This document shows, in pieces, positions 22,724 through 33,436 of a DNA stretch of 64,000 nucleotides. The DNA is from Longimicrobiales bacterium (GTDB lineage Bacteria; Gemmatimonadota; Gemmatimonadetes; Longimicrobiales; Gaopeijiaceae), in assembly GCA_965203485.1 (NCBI GenBank), contig OZ241892.1, positions 2,688,001 through 2,752,000 on the forward strand, written 5' to 3'. Below the pieces are notes generated by a model. That model had not been told where the DNA came from. It did no database searches and saw nothing but the letters and a program-made list of their open reading frames with translations. The translations under genes were made by a program, and so were the position numbers. Numbering within the stretch: position 1 is the stretch's first letter; the number at the start of each line of letters is the position of its first letter.

Positions 22724-22891
22724 GCGTCCCGTTGCACGCGCCGCCACGGCCGTGCTCTCGCGGCGCGGCGCCGCGTCGCTTGGCCGCCGTCGGCCGACCC
22801 GCGCGTCGCCGCTCCAGGGGACGGCCGACGCAAGGCTCGCCATCTCCGTTCGCGTTCTCCGCGCCGGCGGCGTACGGGATGCGAGGCTCTC

Positions 22892-24415
22892 ATGACCGTT
22901 CAGCGCACACTCCGCTTCGACCGCCTCCTGGTCGCGGACCGGTGGGTCCACGACGCGCGAGTTCGGGTTGGGAGCGCCGGCTTGGTCGAAGCGGTCGAAG
23001 GCGACGGCACGGCCGCAGGGGCCGGCGGCGAAGACGGAGAGGCGGCAACGGGGCGTGGCGAGGGCGAGGGCTTGGGCTCGGGAAAGCGATTGCCGGTCGA
23101 ACACGCAAGGGGCTGGGCGGTCCCCGGCGTCCCCAACGTACACAGCCACGCGTTCCAACGCGCCATGGCGGGCTTGGCCGAAGGGCCGGCGAGGCGTTCG
23201 TTTTGGACGTGGCGCAACACGATGTACCGCTTTCTCGAGCGGCTGACGCCCGATCACGTCGAGGCGGTGGCCGCCCAGTTGTACGTCGAGCTGCTGAAGG
23301 CCGGCTTCACGTGCGTCGGCGAGTTCCACTACCTCCAGCACGGCCCGGGGGGGAGGCCCTACGCCGACCCGGGCGAAATGAGCCTAAGGATCCTCGTGGC
23401 GGCGTGCACCGCGGGCATCGGGCTGGTGCACATGCCGGCGGTGTACGAAGCGGGCGGCTTCGGCGGCGCGCCGATGGAGCCGGGCCAACGGCGGTTCCGT
23501 CTGGACTTGGACTCGGCGGTCCGGCTGCACGAGGACCTTTCCCAGGCGTTCTCGCGGTCGGGGTCCGGCCAGCGGCTCGGCTGGGCCGTCCACAGCTTGC
23601 GCGCCGTCTCGTCGGCGTCCTTTCGGCGGGCCGCGGCCCTCCTCGACGAGACCGGCGCCGCCCCCGTCCACATTCACGTCGCCGAGCAGAAGCGCGAGGT
23701 GGAGGAATGCGTTCGCGTCCGGGGCGCGAGCCCGGTCGCGTGGCTCCTTGCGAACGCGCCCGTGGACGACCGCTGGTGCTTGGTTCACGCTACGCACATG
23801 ACCAGTGGCGAAGCGACGGCCGTCGCGGACCGCAGAGCGACGGTCGGCCTCTGTCCCGCGACGGAGGCCAACCTGGGCGACGGACTCTTTCCGCTGGGCG
23901 AGTTCGCCGGTTGCGGCGGACGCTTCGCCGTGGGCACCGACAGCCACGTCTCCCGCTGCCCCGCCGAGGAACTCCGCTTGCTGGAGTACGGCCAGCGCCT
24001 GGTCCGGCGGCGGCGATTCGTCCTGCCGTCGCCGTCGCCGGAGGGCGTTCCGGGCAAAGCTGGCGCCCGGCGCCGCGCGACGGGCCGCTCCCCGCTGGAC
24101 GGCGCAGGCGGCACGCTTCTCTCCCACGCGTGGCAAGGCGGCGCGCAGGCCCTGTCCTGGAACGGAGGACACGTCGGCGCCGGCGCCCGGGCCGACTTCG
24201 TCGTCCTCGACGCGGAGCATCCCGCCCTGGCGGGGCGAGACGGACGCCAAGTCCTCGACTCCTGGCTCTTCTCGGGGACGGACAGCCCGGTCAAGGACGT
24301 GTTCGTCGGCGGCGAAGGGGTCGTGCGCGACGGACGCCACTTGCGCGAGGAAGAGGTCGCGCGCGCCTACCGGGAAGCCGTTGCATCGCTGGGACGGCCG
24401 CTCGGCAACGGTTGA
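22892..24415 (+). CDS. hutF: Formimidoylglutamate deiminase
   Basis: PNVHSHAFQRAMAGLAE, SFWTWR, EFHYL, HSLRAV, HIHVAEQ, CPATEANLGDG, GTDSH. Confidence 0.93.
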   Translation: MTVQRTLRFDRLLVADRWVHDARVRVGSAGLVEAVEGDGTAAGAGGEDGEAATGRGEGEGLGSGKRLPVEHARGWAVPGVPNVHSHAFQRAMAGLAEGPARRSFWTWRNTMYRFLERLTPDHVEAVAAQLYVELLKAGFTCVGEFHYLQHGPGGRPYADPGEMSLRILVAACTAGIGLVHMPAVYEAGGFGGAPMEPGQRRFRLDLDSAVRLHEDLSQAFSRSGSGQRLGWAVHSLRAVSSASFRRAAALLDETGAAPVHIHVAEQKREVEECVRVRGASPVAWLLANAPVDDRWCLVHATHMTSGEATAVADRRATVGLCPATEANLGDGLFPLGEFAGCGGRFAVGTDSHVSRCPAEELRLLEYGQRLVRRRRFVLPSPSPEGVPGKAGARRRATGRSPLDGAGGTLLSHAWQGGAQALSWNGGHVGAGARADFVVLDAEHPALAGRDGRQVLDSWLFSGTDSPVKDVFVGGEGVVRDGRHLREEEVARAYREAVASLGRPLGNG

Positions 24416-24484
24416 AGGATCAGGGGCGACCCGCGCGTCGCCCGAGACGGCAGGCGGATCGGCGGCGGCAAGCGGCGTCCCCGG

Positions 24485-26161
24485 TCAGTCCTCCCGGTGG
24501 TCCGGCGACCCGGCGGCGGGAATCTTGATCCCCGCCTCGCGGGCGGTCTCGGCAGCTTCGTCGTAGCCGGCATCGGCGTGGCGGACGACGCCCAAGCCTG
24601 GATCGTTCGTCAGCACGCGCTCGATCCTCGCGCGCATTTCGGGCGTGCCGTCGGCCACGAGGACCTGTCCGGCGTGCAGCGAGTTGCCGATCCCCACGCC
24701 GCCGCCGTGGTGGAACGACACCCAGCTCGCGCCGGACGCCGTGTTGAGCAGCGCGTTGAGGACCGGCCAGTCCGCCACCGCGTCCGATCCGTCCTTCATG
24801 CGCTCGGTCTCGCGATAGGGCGACGCCACGGACCCAGTGTCCAGGTGGTCGCGCCCGATGACGATCGGCGCTCCGACCTTGCCTCGGGCGACCAACTCGT
24901 TCATTGCGACGCCGAAGCGCGCCCGCTCCCCCTGGCCCAGCCAGCAAATGCGCGCGGGCAGGCCCTGAAAGGCCACTTGCTCGCGCGCCATGCGGATCCA
25001 CCTGCACAGGTGCTCGTCGCGCGGAAACATCTCCAGGACCAAGTCGTCCGTGCGGTGAATGTCGGCAGGCTCCCCGGAGAGGGCTACCCATCGAAACGGC
25101 CCCCGCCCTCGGCAGAACAAGGGCCGCACATAGGCCGGCACGAATCCGGGGTACGCGAAAGCGTCCTCGAATCCGGCATCCCGGGCGTAGCCGCGCAGGT
25201 TGTTGCCGTAGTCCAGGGCCACGGCGCCGCGCCGCTGCATCTCCACGATGGCTTCGCAATGGACGCGGATCGAAGCCATTGAACGCCGGCGGTACTCGGC
25301 GGGGTCGCGCTCGCGCAGCTCGGCCGCCTGCCCGACCGCCAGCCCGGCCGGTATGTAGCCGTTCAGCGGATCGTGGGCCGACGTCTGGTCGGTGACGACA
25401 TCGGGAACGATGCCCTCGTCCAGGAACGCCGGCAGTACCTCGGCGCAGTTGCCGACCAGCCCGACCGACAACGCCTTCTTCGCCCGCACTGCTTCGAGCG
25501 TCCAAGCAACCGCATCCGCGCGGTCGTGCGTCATCTTGTCGCAGTACCCCGTGGCGATCCTCCGTTCGATCCGGCAGGGATCGGCCTCCACCACCAGAAC
25601 GGCGCCCCCGTGCATCGTGGCGGCCAGCGGTTGCGCGCCGCCCATGCCGCCCATGCCGCCCGTGAGGATCCAGCGCCCGGCCAGTCGTCCCTCGAAGTGA
25701 GCCCGCGCCACGGCGCCGAAAGTCTCGTAGGTGCCCTGGAGGATGCCCTGCGTGCCGATGTATATCCACGAACCGGCGGTCATCTGGCCGTACATCGTGA
25801 GGCCCGCGCGCTCCAGCTCGCGAAAGCGCTCCCAGTCGGCCCAGCGTCCCACGAGGTTGGCGTTGGCGATGAGGACGCGCGGCGCGTGGGCGTGGGTGCG
25901 AAACACGCCGACGGGCTTCCCCGACTGAACGATCAGGGTCTCGTCGCCGTCCAGGACCTCGAGCGCGGCGACGATGGCGTCGAACGCCTCCCAGTTGCGC
26001 GCCGCCTTGCCCGTCCCCCCGTAGACGACCAGGCGGGCGGGGTCTTCGGCCACTTCCGGGTCCAAGTTGTTCATCAACATGCGGAGCGCGGCTTCCTGGG
26101 TCCACCCTCGGCACCGCAGGGCCGTTCCTCGCGGCGCCCGTACCACGCGTCCCCCGCTCAC
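24485..26161 (-). CDS. hutU: Urocanate hydratase
   Basis: [50 protein letters not shown] start after RBS. Confidence 0.97.
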   Translation of the reverse strand: MSGGRVVRAPRGTALRCRGWTQEAALRMLMNNLDPEVAEDPARLVVYGGTGKAARNWEAFDAIVAALEVLDGDETLIVQSGKPVGVFRTHAHAPRVLIANANLVGRWADWERFRELERAGLTMYGQMTAGSWIYIGTQGILQGTYETFGAVARAHFEGRLAGRWILTGGMGGMGGAQPLAATMHGGAVLVVEADPCRIERRIATGYCDKMTHDRADAVAWTLEAVRAKKALSVGLVGNCAEVLPAFLDEGIVPDVVTDQTSAHDPLNGYIPAGLAVGQAAELRERDPAEYRRRSMASIRVHCEAIVEMQRRGAVALDYGNNLRGYARDAGFEDAFAYPGFVPAYVRPLFCRGRGPFRWVALSGEPADIHRTDDLVLEMFPRDEHLCRWIRMAREQVAFQGLPARICWLGQGERARFGVAMNELVARGKVGAPIVIGRDHLDTGSVASPYRETERMKDGSDAVADWPVLNALLNTASGASWVSFHHGGGVGIGNSLHAGQVLVADGTPEMRARIERVLTNDPGLGVVRHADAGYDEAAETAREAGIKIPAAGSPDHRED

Positions 26162-26366
26162 CGATTCCCTCGCGGCCGACCCGCAGGCGCCGGGGCGCGG
26201 CGGCGCGGGTCCGTCAGTCCTCTCACCGCCGGCGCCGCACAGCCGAGCGCCTGGTCCCCGGCGCGAGGGAATCGCGGGGCGCGTCCGCCTGTCCTCCGCT
26301 CGCCAAGCCTCGCTTCCCAAGCCCGCCGGCGCCCGGCCCGCGGCGCCGCCTCCCGCGTTCTCCCAT

Positions 26367-27890
26367 TCATGGATTCCCTCCGTCGTCTTCGTGGAGCCGG
26401 GCCAACGCGCCGGCCCGCAACATCGAGGCCGCCACGTCGATGTCCGGACTCAAGCTGCGGTCCTCGTCCAGCGCCGCAATCCGGCTCCGCAACGTCCCCA
26501 CCGCGCGCTCGACCCCGCGCCCGGCCCGCAACGGCCGGTGGAACTCGACGGCCTGCGCCGCGCACAACAGCTCGACCGCCAGAACGACCTCCAGCATGCC
26601 GACGCTCCTGCGCAGCTTGCGCGCGGCCGCGAACCCCATCGAGACGTGATCTTCCTGGCCCGCGCTCGTCGGCACGGAGTCGATGCTGGCGGGCGCGGCC
26701 AGGACGCGCATCTCGGCCAGCGCGTCGGCCGCCGTGATCTGCGCCATCATGAAGCCGGAGCGCACGCCGGGGCGGGGCGTCAGGAAGGCGGGCAACCCCG
26801 AGAGCGCGGGATTGAGCAGGCGGTCGGTGCGCCGCTCGGAGATGGAAGCCAGGTCGGTGGCCGCGATGGCGGCCAGGTCCAGGCCCTGCGCGACGATTTG
26901 GGCGTGGAAGTTGCCGCCGCTCAGCACGGCGCCGTGGTTCGGCAGCACCAGCGGGTTGTCGGTCGTGGAGTTGGCCTCCACCTCGAGGACGCGGCGGACG
27001 TATGCGGCGGCTTCGCGGGCGGCGCCATGGACCTGCGGGATGCAGCGCAGCGAATAGGCGTCCTGGACGCGCGGGTCGCCGGCGCGGTGCGATTCGCGGA
27101 TCTCGGAGGCCGCCAGGAGGGCGCGCATCCGCCGGGCTGTCGCGATCTGCCCGGCATGCGGGCGCGCTTCGTGTATCTCGGCGCGAAAGGCGGCGGGCGT
27201 TCCCTTCAGCCCCTCCAAGGACGAGGCGCCCGCCACGTCCGCGGCGTCGATCGCCCGTTCCAGCCGCAAGAGCGCCAGGATGCCGACCGCCGTGGACGCC
27301 TGCGTCCCGTTGAGCAACGCCATTCCCTCCTTCTCGGCGAATTCCACGGCCTCGATCCCAACCTCGCCGAGCAGCTCGGCCGCCGGGGCGGTCCGTCCGT
27401 CCCGTTGCGCCGTTCCCTCGCCAGCCAGGACCAGCGCGGCGTGCGCAAGCGGCACCAGATCGCCGCTGGCCCCGAGCGAGCCGATCTCGGGAACGACCGG
27501 ATGCACCCGCCCGTTCAGCAGGTCCAGCAGACGTTCCACGACGACCGGGCGACACCCGGAATGGCCTCGCGCCAGGGTGTTGGCGCGCAACAGGAGCATG
27601 GCTCGGACTTCCGCTTCCGGCAAAGGCCTTCCGCTCCCGGCGGCGTGGCTGCGAACCAAGTTCCTCTGCAGCGCCCGGCGCTCGGACGGGGGCACCGGCT
27701 CGCTCGCGAGGGCTCCGAAGCCCGTGGTCACTCCGTAGACCGGCGCTCCGGTGGCCAGGATCGACTTCAGTTGCTCGTGCGACCGGCGCACCTTGGCCAG
27801 CGCGTCCGCTCCCAGGCGGACGGATTCGCCCGCTTCCGCCACCGCGGCGACCTGCTCGAGGGCCAGCCCGTGTCCTCGGATAGTGATCAA
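26367..27890 (-). CDS. hutH: Histidine ammonia-lyase
   Basis: [17 protein letters not shown] (MIO), [23 protein letters not shown]; start uncertain (frame open to 28034). Confidence 0.95.
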   Translation of the reverse strand: MITIRGHGLALEQVAAVAEAGESVRLGADALAKVRRSHEQLKSILATGAPVYGVTTGFGALASEPVPPSERRALQRNLVRSHAAGSGRPLPEAEVRAMLLLRANTLARGHSGCRPVVVERLLDLLNGRVHPVVPEIGSLGASGDLVPLAHAALVLAGEGTAQRDGRTAPAAELLGEVGIEAVEFAEKEGMALLNGTQASTAVGILALLRLERAIDAADVAGASSLEGLKGTPAAFRAEIHEARPHAGQIATARRMRALLAASEIRESHRAGDPRVQDAYSLRCIPQVHGAAREAAAYVRRVLEVEANSTTDNPLVLPNHGAVLSGGNFHAQIVAQGLDLAAIAATDLASISERRTDRLLNPALSGLPAFLTPRPGVRSGFMMAQITAADALAEMRVLAAPASIDSVPTSAGQEDHVSMGFAAARKLRRSVGMLEVVLAVELLCAAQAVEFHRPLRAGRGVERAVGTLRSRIAALDEDRSLSPDIDVAASMLRAGALARLHEDDGGNP

Positions 27891-28411
27891 GGCGCGTCGT
27901 TCCGTTGCGGAGGCGGCTCTCGCCGGCCCGACGAAGCTCTCGACGGCCCCGAGCGTTGGGCCGGAGCCGCGCGCTCGTGGGCTCGGCATCGGCGACCGCG
28001 CCGAAATAGGGATCGGAACGGAGACGTGCCGCATCGGCGGAGGCGCACTAACTTACGGTTGCGCGCTCAAGCATGCCGTGCGCGGGCGGACGCAACAACA
28101 GGCGGGCCGCGGCGGACCTGGACGCCGAAGGGCATGCCGCACCGCGCTCGGACGCACCCGTCGGCGGCCGAACGTGCACATGGAGACGCGAGACACCTTC
28201 GGACAGACCATTGACCGTCCTCTCCAGACAGTACGCGGGGTTGCCCGCCGCGCGCCGACGCCGACGGCCTTGCGGCCACGCTCTCGCCACGAGGCAGGGT
28301 CCGGCCGCAACTGCGAAGCGCGGATCAAGGGCGGCCGCCGTTCTTCCTGCCCGGCGCGAGTCTGCCCGCGCGGTCGGGCGGGCGAGCTCCGCCGGGGCTT
28401 CTCAAATCCGC

Positions 28412-29359
28412 ATGGGGCCGTCCCGCGCGACGCCGGCGCCACGGCCCCGCCGACTGCCGTGGGTCTCGGTCGGCGGCGCGTGCCTTGCCTTCGGATGCTC
28501 GGGGCATGCCGGCGCCGCATCCGAAATCGAGAGCTTGCTGGCCGGCTACCGGGCGGAGATGGCCGCGGAGCTCGCGGAAGTGGTTGGATACGCGACCGGC
28601 CCGTTCGCAAAGGCGGATCCAGAGGGCGCGCTGGACAACTTGGTGGCCGACGCCGTCCTGCACGCGGCCCGGCAGGAGGTGGACGACACGGTGCATGCCG
28701 CATTGCTCAACGACGGCGGACTTCGCGTGCCCCTCCTGGCGTCCGGCCCCCTTCTGATGACCCACGCGTTCGAGCTGCTGCCCTTCAGGAACTACCTCAC
28801 GGTGCTCACGCTCTCGGGCGAGGAGATGGAGCGGCTTGCGGACGAGATCGCCGCCAGCCGGGGTGAGCCCGTGGCCGGCTGGACGATGATGCTGGACGGC
28901 GACGACGCCGTCGACGTGCGCGTTGGCGGCGAGCCGGTCGATCCCGCCCGCGACTACAAATTGGTGACGGTCGACTATCTCGTGGACGGCGGAGGCGCCC
29001 GGAGCCTCCTCTGGGACATCGACCCCAGCAAGCGCCGGGACGTGGGACTCTTGATTCGAGACGCCTTCGTACGCTATGTGAGCGAAATGCACGAAGTGAG
29101 CCCGGTCCTGGACGGGCGCATACGTTTCGTGGAAGCGCCCCGGGGATCCCGGAGCGCGCCACCTCGGGACGCGACGGAGTCCTCCACCACGATGCATCGG
29201 GACGGGCCGCCCGCAGTGCGGCCGCGTCCGGGAGCCCGCCATGCACGGCGTCGTCGAAGCACGGCGCACCGGCGGCGCACCGCGAATGGCCCGCGAACGG
29301 CCGGTCTCTCGGCGGCGCCTGGCGACTCGGACGCGGCGCCGGGACCAGCCGCGAGATGA
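28412..29359 (+). CDS. 5'-nucleotidase C-terminal (substrate-binding) domain, probable lipoprotein
   Basis: Lipobox-like LAFGC; LDNLVADA, NDGGLR, ELLPFRN, TVDYLVDGG, DGRI. Confidence 0.8.
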   Translation: MGPSRATPAPRPRRLPWVSVGGACLAFGCSGHAGAASEIESLLAGYRAEMAAELAEVVGYATGPFAKADPEGALDNLVADAVLHAARQEVDDTVHAALLNDGGLRVPLLASGPLLMTHAFELLPFRNYLTVLTLSGEEMERLADEIAASRGEPVAGWTMMLDGDDAVDVRVGGEPVDPARDYKLVTVDYLVDGGGARSLLWDIDPSKRRDVGLLIRDAFVRYVSEMHEVSPVLDGRIRFVEAPRGSRSAPPRDATESSTTMHRDGPPAVRPRPGARHARRRRSTAHRRRTANGPRTAGLSAAPGDSDAAPGPAAR

Positions 29360-30378
29360 ACCGCCGGCGCTTCGTCCGCCATGGGGGCATCGCCTGCGCA
29401 GGGGGCATTGTCGGCGCGGCCGGCCCCTCCGGCTTGGCCGCGGGCACGCTGCTTGGCCGACCGGCCGACGCCCGCATCCACGCCGGAGCGCGCGACGGGC
29501 CCGCGGACGCGTACGGGCGCAGGATCGCCGCTCCCGTTCGGCTCGTCGTCCTGCACACGAACGACACCCACTCCCGGCTGGATCCGTTTCCGCGCGACCG
29601 AGGCCCGTTCGCGGGACGCGGCGGCGCCGCCCGCCGACACACCCTGGTGCGGCGCGTTCGCGACGCCAACGAGCACGTCCTGCTGCTCGACTCGGGCGAC
29701 ATCTTCCAAGGCACGCCGTACTTCAACTACTTCGGCGGCGAGCCCGAGTTTCTCGTGATGTCGAAGATGGGCTACGACGTCGCGACGCTGGGCAACCACG
29801 ACTTCGATGCCGGCGTGGACGGCTTGGTGAAGGTGCTGCCCAAGGCGGCCTTCCAGTTCGTGTCCGCCAACTACGACTTCACGGGGTCGGCGCTCGACGA
29901 GTGGGTGGAGCCGTACGTGACTCGCAACTTCGGCGGCGTGAAGGTCGGCATCTTCGGACTGGGCATCGCCTTTGCGGGACTGGTGCTGGCGCGTCTCCAC
30001 GAGGGAGTGACGTATCGCGACCCGGTCGAGACGGCCCGGACAACGGCTCGCAAGCTGAAGGAACAGGGTTGCGCGTTCGTCATTTGCCTGTCGCACCTGG
30101 GCTACAGGTACAGCGACGTGTCGCGGCCGAGCGACCAAACGATCGCGGCCGCGGCGCCGGACATCGACCTTGTCCTGGGCGGACACACGCACACGTTCTT
30201 GGACCGCCCCGAGGTGTTCCCGAACGAATCCGGCCACGGAACCATGGTCGCCCAGGTGGGCTGGGGCGGCATGCGCCTGGGCCGCATCGACGCCGGGTTC
30301 GACCAAACGGGACGCTTCACCGGCTGGGCCGCCGACTCCGCCGACTGGGGGTACGACATCGACGAACGCCTGGACTGA
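29356..30378 (+). CDS. 5'-nucleotidase N-terminal metallophosphoesterase domain, Tat-exported
   Basis: NRRRFV Tat motif; HTNDTHS, DSGD, GNHDFD, LSHLG, GGHTH. Confidence 0.92.
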   Translation: MNRRRFVRHGGIACAGGIVGAAGPSGLAAGTLLGRPADARIHAGARDGPADAYGRRIAAPVRLVVLHTNDTHSRLDPFPRDRGPFAGRGGAARRHTLVRRVRDANEHVLLLDSGDIFQGTPYFNYFGGEPEFLVMSKMGYDVATLGNHDFDAGVDGLVKVLPKAAFQFVSANYDFTGSALDEWVEPYVTRNFGGVKVGIFGLGIAFAGLVLARLHEGVTYRDPVETARTTARKLKEQGCAFVICLSHLGYRYSDVSRPSDQTIAAAAPDIDLVLGGHTHTFLDRPEVFPNESGHGTMVAQVGWGGMRLGRIDAGFDQTGRFTGWAADSADWGYDIDERLD

Positions 30379-30402
30379 GCGAAGCGCGGCGCCGGACCGT
30401 CT

Positions 30403-31917
30403 CTACTTCGCCCCGTAGACGAAATCCTCCACTTCTCCGTGAATGCGGGCCACGGTCTCTTCCGACGGCGGCCGCGTGAACCGGGACACGCCCAGCGTCA
30501 CCACGAAGTTTGCAGCGACCGACCACAGCGCCTCGTGCACGCCCAGCGGCCGCACGAGAGCCCCGCCAGCCTCGACCAGGGGCAGTCCGAAGCCCGTCAC
30601 GTACAGAGTCGCGAGTCCCGTCGCCAGTCCCGCCACCACTCCCGTCCTCGTAGTGAGCCGCTTGCTCGGGAAGCAGACGCCGCAAACCGCGGGAAGCAGT
30701 TGCAGCGTGCCCGTCGCCGAAAGCGTCACCAGCCGCACCAGGAAGTCGAAGCTGTTCACCGTCAGCAAGTAGCTCACGACGAGCAGCCCGACGACGACGC
30801 AGCGGCCGAACGCCACGTAGTGGGCTTGGTTGCGGCGGGGGGCAACGTAGCGTTGGTACACGTCCCTCGTGAGGACGGTCATGTTGGAGTGCAGGATGGA
30901 GTCCAGCGTGGACATCGCCGCCGCCGTGGCCCCCGCAAGGATCAGGCCGGTGAGCCACGGGGAAGCGTGCTGAAACAGCAACTCGGGAAAGATGCGGTCC
31001 GGCCGTTCTAGTCCGGGCATCACCAGGGCGCCGCCGAGTCCCACGAATGCCGCCGGTATGAACAGCGTCATCAGATAGATGGGCGTGGTGGCGCCGAGGA
31101 TCTTGAGCGTGCGTCCCGAGGCCGCCGTGAAGTAGCGGATCATGATGTGCGGCTGAAAAACGACGCCGAACGACAGCGCAATCGTCATCCCCGCCCAAAC
31201 GCCGGGAGTGAACAGTCCCTCCGGCCCCGGCAAGCTGAGCAAGTCGGGCCTTTCGGCGGCCACTCGCCGCCAAAGCTCGACGGGTCCACCGAAAAGCTTG
31301 TACGTCAAGACGAGGGCGCCGGTCCAGACGGCTACGTACATCCACACTCCTTGGATGACGTCGGTCCAGTACACGGCGCGCAAGCCGCCGGCCATGAGGT
31401 ACGCCGCTGACACGAACAGCAGAATGGGCACCGCCAGCTCGAAGCTGATCCGATCTCCCGTGGACACCGAGAGGATGTACCCCAGCCCCGTCGCCTGGGC
31501 CTGGATGTACAGGATAGTGAAGAGCACCGACACGACCGCGACGATGACCCGGACGACTTCGCTCTCGTAGAAGTCGGCGAGCAGGTCGGCCGGAGTGACG
31601 TAGCCGAACTTCTTGCCCAGCGCCCAGATGCGCGTGCCCAGCACGTAGGTGACCGCACCCACGAGAACGGTCCACGTGCCCGCCGCCCAGAAGCCGATGC
31701 CGTGCTGGTAGAAGTAGCCGCCGGAGCCGAGGAACGCGAACGCGGAGTGATACGTTGCCACGACCGTCAGGTAGAGGACGACGATCCCGGCCTTCCTGCC
31801 GTAGAGCAGAAAGTCCTCGATCGTCTTGGACGTGCGCCTGCGGGCGATCTCGCCGATGATCAGGACCGCGACCAAGTAGGCGGCGACAAGCGTCGTCGCG
31901 ACGACCCAGGCTTGCAT
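30403..31917 (-). CDS. Sodium:solute symporter family protein
   Basis: Multi-TM protein; SAFAFLG, GGLRAVYWTDVIQG, AAAMSTLDS. Confidence 0.92.
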   Translation of the reverse strand: MQAWVVATTLVAAYLVAVLIIGEIARRRTSKTIEDFLLYGRKAGIVVLYLTVVATYHSAFAFLGSGGYFYQHGIGFWAAGTWTVLVGAVTYVLGTRIWALGKKFGYVTPADLLADFYESEVVRVIVAVVSVLFTILYIQAQATGLGYILSVSTGDRISFELAVPILLFVSAAYLMAGGLRAVYWTDVIQGVWMYVAVWTGALVLTYKLFGGPVELWRRVAAERPDLLSLPGPEGLFTPGVWAGMTIALSFGVVFQPHIMIRYFTAASGRTLKILGATTPIYLMTLFIPAAFVGLGGALVMPGLERPDRIFPELLFQHASPWLTGLILAGATAAAMSTLDSILHSNMTVLTRDVYQRYVAPRRNQAHYVAFGRCVVVGLLVVSYLLTVNSFDFLVRLVTLSATGTLQLLPAVCGVCFPSKRLTTRTGVVAGLATGLATLYVTGFGLPLVEAGGALVRPLGVHEALWSVAANFVVTLGVSRFTRPPSEETVARIHGEVEDFVYGAK

Positions 31918-32141
31918 CAGAGTCCCTTGCGCAGAGCCCAGAGCAGCACGCCGATCGCGGCCGCGTAGACTGCGAGCAGGTAGACGAACAGGAACGGCGC
32001 ACCCAATACCCAGGGCTCGATGCGGTCGGCCACGCCGTGCACCATGGGCGGCTGCGACAGAACCGCGCAAAGGAGGAAGCCGGCCACGGCAACGCGGCCG
32101 GCCCGCGTTCGCGGACGGCAATGGGATCGAAAGGGCGTCAC
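31917..32141 (-). CDS. Small membrane partner of the SSS transporter (DUF3311-like)
   Basis: Two TM helices with RIEPWVLGAPFLFVY; TGATG overlap with the symporter; start inferred. Confidence 0.7.
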   Translation of the reverse strand: MTPFRSHCRPRTRAGRVAVAGFLLCAVLSQPPMVHGVADRIEPWVLGAPFLFVYLLAVYAAAIGVLLWALRKGL

Positions 32142-32150
32142 GGGAAGACG

Positions 32151-32180
32151 ATTGTAGCCGAAGGGAGCGCTCGGCGGCAA
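32151..32180 (-). promoter_or_regulatory. Putative sigma70 promoter of the DUF3311-SSS operon
   Basis: Minus strand TTGCCG-N18-TACAAT. Confidence 0.5.
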
Positions 32181-32196
32181 GACGCGCGTGAACGGA

Positions 32197-32475
32197 CCGT
32201 CTCGTACCAAGGTAGAAACGTTCTTCGGCCCCTCCGCGGAGGGGCGCCAAGGACGAGTGAGGCGGGGCCGGTCACCTCATCGCTCGAGGCGAGAACGGCC
32301 GGGATCGCCGACGGTGTTGGACGCGGCACGCCGTGCGAGGCGCCGCTCCCGCCGGGCCCGTCGCGGATCTGCTCGCGCCACCGATGGTTCGGTCCCGGCT
32401 TCGGAGGCTTCGGACGTGGACGCGGCGGAGCCGGCGGCGCAACCCACGGCGCCGCGCGACGACGAAGACGGCCGC
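32197..32475. repeat. Degenerate intergenic repeat, copy A
   Basis: Blocks TCGTACCA...AGAAA, AAGGA..GTGAGGCG...CCGGTC and GCCGAC.GTGTTGGACGCGGC shared with copy B. Confidence 0.65.
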
Positions 32476-33046
32476 CGCGCGCGACCAACTCGTCCGTCTC
32501 CACGTCCGCCATCAGCCCCCCGGACCGAATGCCGCCGGAATGCGAATGCCGGCGGCGGCCGACGTGTCCATGTACTCGCCGCTCGAAGCAACGTCGGCGC
32601 GTCCGCCGGCGCCGCCGCGGCCCGCGCGAGCAGCCCAGATGCGCCTTTCGGAGTTCACCGCCACGTCTTGAATGACCGGAATCTGTTGGGTGAAGCTCGT
32701 CCGGCTCGCGGCTTCACGCTCGTAGCGCGCAAAACGCGTTGCTGATCGCGTTGACTTCCTCTCGAGAGCGGTGCGAAAGACCAAGGACAGCGGGTCGTGC
32801 AGATCGCTTCGCTTCTCGGCTCCGAAGTTCACTCTTCATTCTCGCCGTCGCGTCCAGAGGCGAAATCGGCCGCTCCAGAACAGCCGGCAACGGCGCCGGT
32901 GGTTGATATCATGTTGATGCGGCAGTATCGGGCAGAGGACTCCCAAGGTTCGTTGTTCCTTCTCCGACAGTCGTTGGCATTAGCCATGCGGAATGAATTC
33001 TCCATCGGCCCCCGAACACGAGCAACGACTTGTGTCCCAGATGCCC

Positions 33047-33250
33047 GGTGTCGTACCAGAGCAGAAATGTCCGGTCTTGGGGATGGGCGTGGGGTCCTGC
33101 GGCGCCTCTGCGAAAGGGCCTACTAAGGAAGTGTGAGGCGAGTCCGGTCGCCGCGCGGCGGCGGCGCCGACCGTGTTGGACGCGGCGAGCCGGACGAGGC
33201 GGCGCTCGCGCCGCGGCAACTGCCGCGCCCACGCGACGAAGCGGACGCGG
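33047..33250. repeat. Degenerate intergenic repeat, copy B
   Basis: Same ordered blocks as 32197-32475 with different spacers. Confidence 0.65.
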
Positions 33251-33436
33251 GGCGCGCCGTCGCCCCAGCCACGGGACCGGTTCAGTGGAGCGATGCCCCG
33301 GCAGCGGCGTTATTTTCCATTGGAACCGCGTGGCGGCGCACAGGCGCGCACCTCGAAGGTCGGCGGCGGACCGCTTCACGCGATGGCGCGCGACTCCCCT
33401 GGCGCGTCCGGCTCGCAGGTCTCGGAACAGCGCCGA

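Noticed and set aside
32512..33126. ORFs of 106 and 109 aa in the repeat-flanked region
   Set aside because: No RBS, motifs or backbone-like codon bias; not called as CDS
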